A stretch of 64,000 nt of DNA from Calditrichales bacterium. GTDB lineage: Bacteria; Calditrichota; Calditrichia; Calditrichales; J004. The position numbers were made by a program, and so were the translations under genes. Location of the stretch: contig OZ254086.1 in assembly GCA_965267575.1 (NCBI GenBank), positions 2,752,001-2,816,000 of the forward strand, given 5' to 3'. The notes beneath the pieces were generated by a model, which had not been told where the DNA came from, searched no databases, and saw only the letters and a list, made by a program, of their open reading frames with translations. Position 1 is the stretch's first letter; each line of letters starts with the position of its first letter. Positions 61,091-64,000 of this stretch are shown here, piece by piece.

Positions 61091-63394
61091 CTAAGTTAAA
61101 TCGGGGCGCAAACGCAAGAAGACCGGTTCACGCAGCGTTTTGTTGGGGGTAATCGACGCGTATTGAACTTCGCACCACAGCGTTTCTTTCAGCCAGGTGC
61201 TTTGGGCATCGTCTACAGGTTTCTCGTCGATGGACCGTTTTCCAGTTGGGATATCTTCCAGGATTTCACGGATTTCGCGCATTGTTTTGTCATTGAAGCC
61301 CGTCCCCACTTTGCCGAGATATTGCAATTTATCGCCTTGCGGTTCGGCAATGTGCAGTGCGCCAAAGGTTTTGGAGCGATCGCCTTTGCCCTCGGTAAAG
61401 CCGATGATAAGGCAATCCATCGTGCGCCGTACCTTGATCTTAAGCCAGGCGTTGCTGCGTTTGCCGGGCTGGTACAGGCTCTGCGCCTCTTTGGCCATGA
61501 TACCCTCCAACTCCATCTTTTTGGCGGCTTCAAAAAGCGCGTCGCCATCTTCCACGGCATCACTGAAACGATAAACGGTCTGGTTGCCTTTAATGGAATC
61601 AGCCAGCCACTCGCGGCGCAGAACAAGCGGATCGTTGACCAGCGGGCGTCCGTCCATGTAGAGGCAATCGAACAAATAGCAAACGGCAGGATATTTTTTG
61701 CGGCTGCGCTCGATGGCCCCCTCGCCGGTATGATGCAATCGCCGGATGACGTTTTTAAAAACGGGTTTGCCGGCGGGGTCCAGGTTTACGATTTCACCAT
61801 CGAACAGGGCGCTGGAAACGCGGAAGGCCTCTTCGGGGATGCACAATTCCGGGAAGACGTACGTGATGTCCTTGCCGTTGCGGCTGCTGATGCGGATTTG
61901 CCCGTCATCGATGGCGATAAGGGCGCGGATGCCGTCCCATTTTACCTCGTAGATATAATCGCCGCGCGGCACTTTGTCGCGAATTTCGGCCAGCATCGGT
62001 TCCATTTTGCCGTCAAGGAAATCGACCTGCGGTGTTTCCACCCGTTCCAGCAGCCATTGGTTTTCGCCGCCGGTTTCGTAGATGCGGTATTCGCTGTTCA
62101 ATCCGGGGGCCAGCAGGCGAAAGTAGAAGCCGTTTTTCTTGGTTTTGGTGATGCGGTAGCGCCCGCGCGCATAGATCCACATCTCGCCGCCGCCATATTC
62201 GCCCTTGGGGATGCTGCCCTGGAAATCGAGGTATTTCATGGGGTGGTCTTCGGTGTGTACCGCCAGCCGTTTTACGCCCGGTCGCGGTGGCAACCCCTTG
62301 GGCACGGCCCACGATTTCAACGTGCCCTCCTGCTCCAGGCGCAGGTCGTAATGCAGCCGCGTGGCGTGGTGGCGGTGCAGCACGAAGCCGTTGCCTTCCC
62401 CGGCAGCCTCTTCGGCGCCCGGTTCCGGGGTTTTGTCAAAGCGCCGTTTTTGGGTGTAACGCTGCAGGTTCTTCCGCGCCGTTGTGCCCGCCGATACCTG
62501 CGTCGGTCGCTCCGTATGCAGCGGTGTGGCCCGGGCGTCGATCTCTTCCCAGGCGTCGCCGTGTTCCAGCAACAAATCCAGCGCATTGTGGATAGTGTAA
62601 TCGCCCACGCCGGAGGTGTTTTCCAACTGCTGCCAGGTGATCGGCATCGAGACGGTGGCACCGGACAGGGCGCGTAAACTGTAGGGCGAAACAATCGTTT
62701 GCGAGGCGCGGTTGCGGTAGATGTCGACAAGCACCTTGTCCGGTCGGGCGTCTTTGCGGATGCTGAGCGTGCTGTTTTTAGGCAGCTTTTTGACGATGGC
62801 CTGGCCGATCTGTTTGGTTGCTTCAGCGATGGCGTCGTAGCTGTAGGCCGGGTCAATCGGCGCGACGATGTGCACGCTTTTGCGGCCGGTCGTTTTTACA
62901 AAGGGCGTATAGCCCAGCCCTTCCAAAATCGTTTTTGTCACCATCGACATTTCGATGATTTTGCTGAAGGCATAGCCGTCGGGCGGGTCCAGGTCGATGA
63001 CAAAATAGTCGGGTTTGTCAAAATCGGGCTGGCGTGTGGCGCTTTGGTGAATTTCGATGCTGGCAAGGTTGGCCGTCCATACCAGCACCGCTTCTTCGCG
63101 GACGATGATGTAGTTTTTTTTCTCCTTGCCTTTTCCCAGCTTGACGCCTTCAATCCACTCCGGCGCCCAGTCCGGCTTGTTTTTCTGGAAGAATGATTCG
63201 CCGTCGATGCCATCGGGGTAGCGGATAAAGGAGAGCGCGCGGCCCTTGATGTGACGCAGGATGGTGGGAGCGATCTTGAGGTAGTATTCGATGATCTGCG
63301 CTTTGACGATGCCGTCATCGGGGTAGAGCACTTTGTCCAGGTTGGAGAGCTCCACCTGTCGCTTGCCGATGGAGACCCACTGTTTTTTTGCCAT
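61091..63394 (-). CDS. ligD: DNA ligase D (polymerase-phosphoesterase-ligase)
   Basis: PolDom RYPDG, DLDP, KTTG; PE HATRLHYDLRLE; ligase EVKWDGIR, EGIMAK, WLKIK. Confidence 0.95.
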   Translation of the reverse strand: MAKKQWVSIGKRQVELSNLDKVLYPDDGIVKAQIIEYYLKIAPTILRHIKGRALSFIRYPDGIDGESFFQKNKPDWAPEWIEGVKLGKGKEKKNYIIVREEAVLVWTANLASIEIHQSATRQPDFDKPDYFVIDLDPPDGYAFSKIIEMSMVTKTILEGLGYTPFVKTTGRKSVHIVAPIDPAYSYDAIAEATKQIGQAIVKKLPKNSTLSIRKDARPDKVLVDIYRNRASQTIVSPYSLRALSGATVSMPITWQQLENTSGVGDYTIHNALDLLLEHGDAWEEIDARATPLHTERPTQVSAGTTARKNLQRYTQKRRFDKTPEPGAEEAAGEGNGFVLHRHHATRLHYDLRLEQEGTLKSWAVPKGLPPRPGVKRLAVHTEDHPMKYLDFQGSIPKGEYGGGEMWIYARGRYRITKTKKNGFYFRLLAPGLNSEYRIYETGGENQWLLERVETPQVDFLDGKMEPMLAEIRDKVPRGDYIYEVKWDGIRALIAIDDGQIRISSRNGKDITYVFPELCIPEEAFRVSSALFDGEIVNLDPAGKPVFKNVIRRLHHTGEGAIERSRKKYPAVCYLFDCLYMDGRPLVNDPLVLRREWLADSIKGNQTVYRFSDAVEDGDALFEAAKKMELEGIMAKEAQSLYQPGKRSNAWLKIKVRRTMDCLIIGFTEGKGDRSKTFGALHIAEPQGDKLQYLGKVGTGFNDKTMREIREILEDIPTGKRSIDEKPVDDAQSTWLKETLWCEVQYASITPNKTLREPVFLRLRPDLT

Positions 63395-63473
63395 AGGTGT
63401 TTGAGAAATCGTTTTCGGGGAAATTAGGATTGTTTGGCAATAAATGAAAGAAGGGGGATTAAAGGAGTGGGTG

Positions 63474-63737
63474 CGCCCCGATAGGGCTGCTGATTCATTT
63501 ATTTGCGTTGTTGCTATGACGGTTAAGCCCTACGGGCTTGTCTGGTGAATATTTGTTGGGATTAGTTAATTCGGGCTGGAATATTAACTATTTTTATGGA
63601 TACTGTTGTTCTTTATAGGATTTATGCGGGTATTTTACGGTTTAACCCTGTGCTTTTGTCTGCTCGCACAATCAGCATCGCTAGATGCGGAATGTCATAG
63701 CAACCTACATCCATATACCTTGAAGCACCAGAGGTGC
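63474..63737. repeat. Cluster of short GC-rich palindromes with an 11-bp inverted repeat, downstream of tnpA
   Basis: GCCCCGATAGGGC, AAGCCCTACGGGCTT, GCATCGCTAGATGC, GCACCAGAGGTGC; GTTGCTATGAC (63510-63520) / GTCATAGCAAC (63694-63704). Confidence 0.65.
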
Positions 63738-63762
63738 GTGCGTTGTTCCCAAAGATTTGCCA

Positions 63763-63999
63763 TCATTTAGAATCAATATCAAACACATATTTTTCATTGT
63801 ATTCAACGCCGTATTTGTCTAAAAACTCTAAATACTCCTCTTGAAACGTCTTCACTTTATGATGCTGCTCCTGACCTTCAATATATTCTATCACTTTTTC
63901 TTTGTGCGACCGGCTGCAGGAAAACGCGCCATAGCCAACCTGCCACTCAAATCTTCCCTTCACCCAACCATGTTCATTTATAAATTTTGATGAATTGGC
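63763..63999 (-). mobile_element. tnpA: IS200/IS605-family (Y1/HUH) transposase, C-terminal part; 5' end outside the window
   Basis: Open frame ANSSKFINEHGWVKGRFEWQVGYGAFS...YIEGQEQHH...FQEEY. Confidence 0.9.
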
Positions 64000-64000
64000 T

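Noticed and set aside
61163..62677. 504-aa plus-strand ORF, and similar ones at 59524 and 60302
   Set aside because: Antisense shadows of the GC-rich ligD, ku and TPR genes

Overview
Gene-dense bacterial chromosome segment of moderate GC with no rRNA or CRISPR. A C-terminal QNYPNPFNPST sorting domain, BamD and a long SecA suggest a diderm from the FCB group or its neighbours, such as Calditrichota or Ignavibacteria; this taxonomy is inference only. The left half (1-31 kb) is mostly housekeeping: phoH, thiolase-hbd-nusB-secA, bamD-nadD, accB/accC-gcvH, pdxST-cutA and tRNA-Lys(UUU). The right half is more accessory: exported unknowns, nhaA, a pfkB-SPS/SPP-sucrose synthase cluster, a K+ channel, an ECF sigma module, an ACE-like M2 peptidase, vapBC, TPR-ku-ligD and a truncated IS200-family tnpA with flanking palindromes. 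The most promising observations are four. (1) A shell-less microcompartment satellite locus, where a BMC vertex gene is coupled to an ACT protein carrying two encapsulation-peptide-like helices and to a DUF711 enzyme of unknown function. (2) A TPR protein with a beta-clamp-motif-like QMNLF encoded directly behind ligD-ku. (3) A shared G(T/C)AAC-N15/16-CGTA ECF-type promoter in front of three exported unknown proteins, one built from an unrecognised ~130-aa repeat. (4) A run of apparently catalytically degenerate homologues (eIF2B-like, PIN, YqeB-like) at the end of the pdxST operon. All family calls come from motif recognition by eye; no database search was run.
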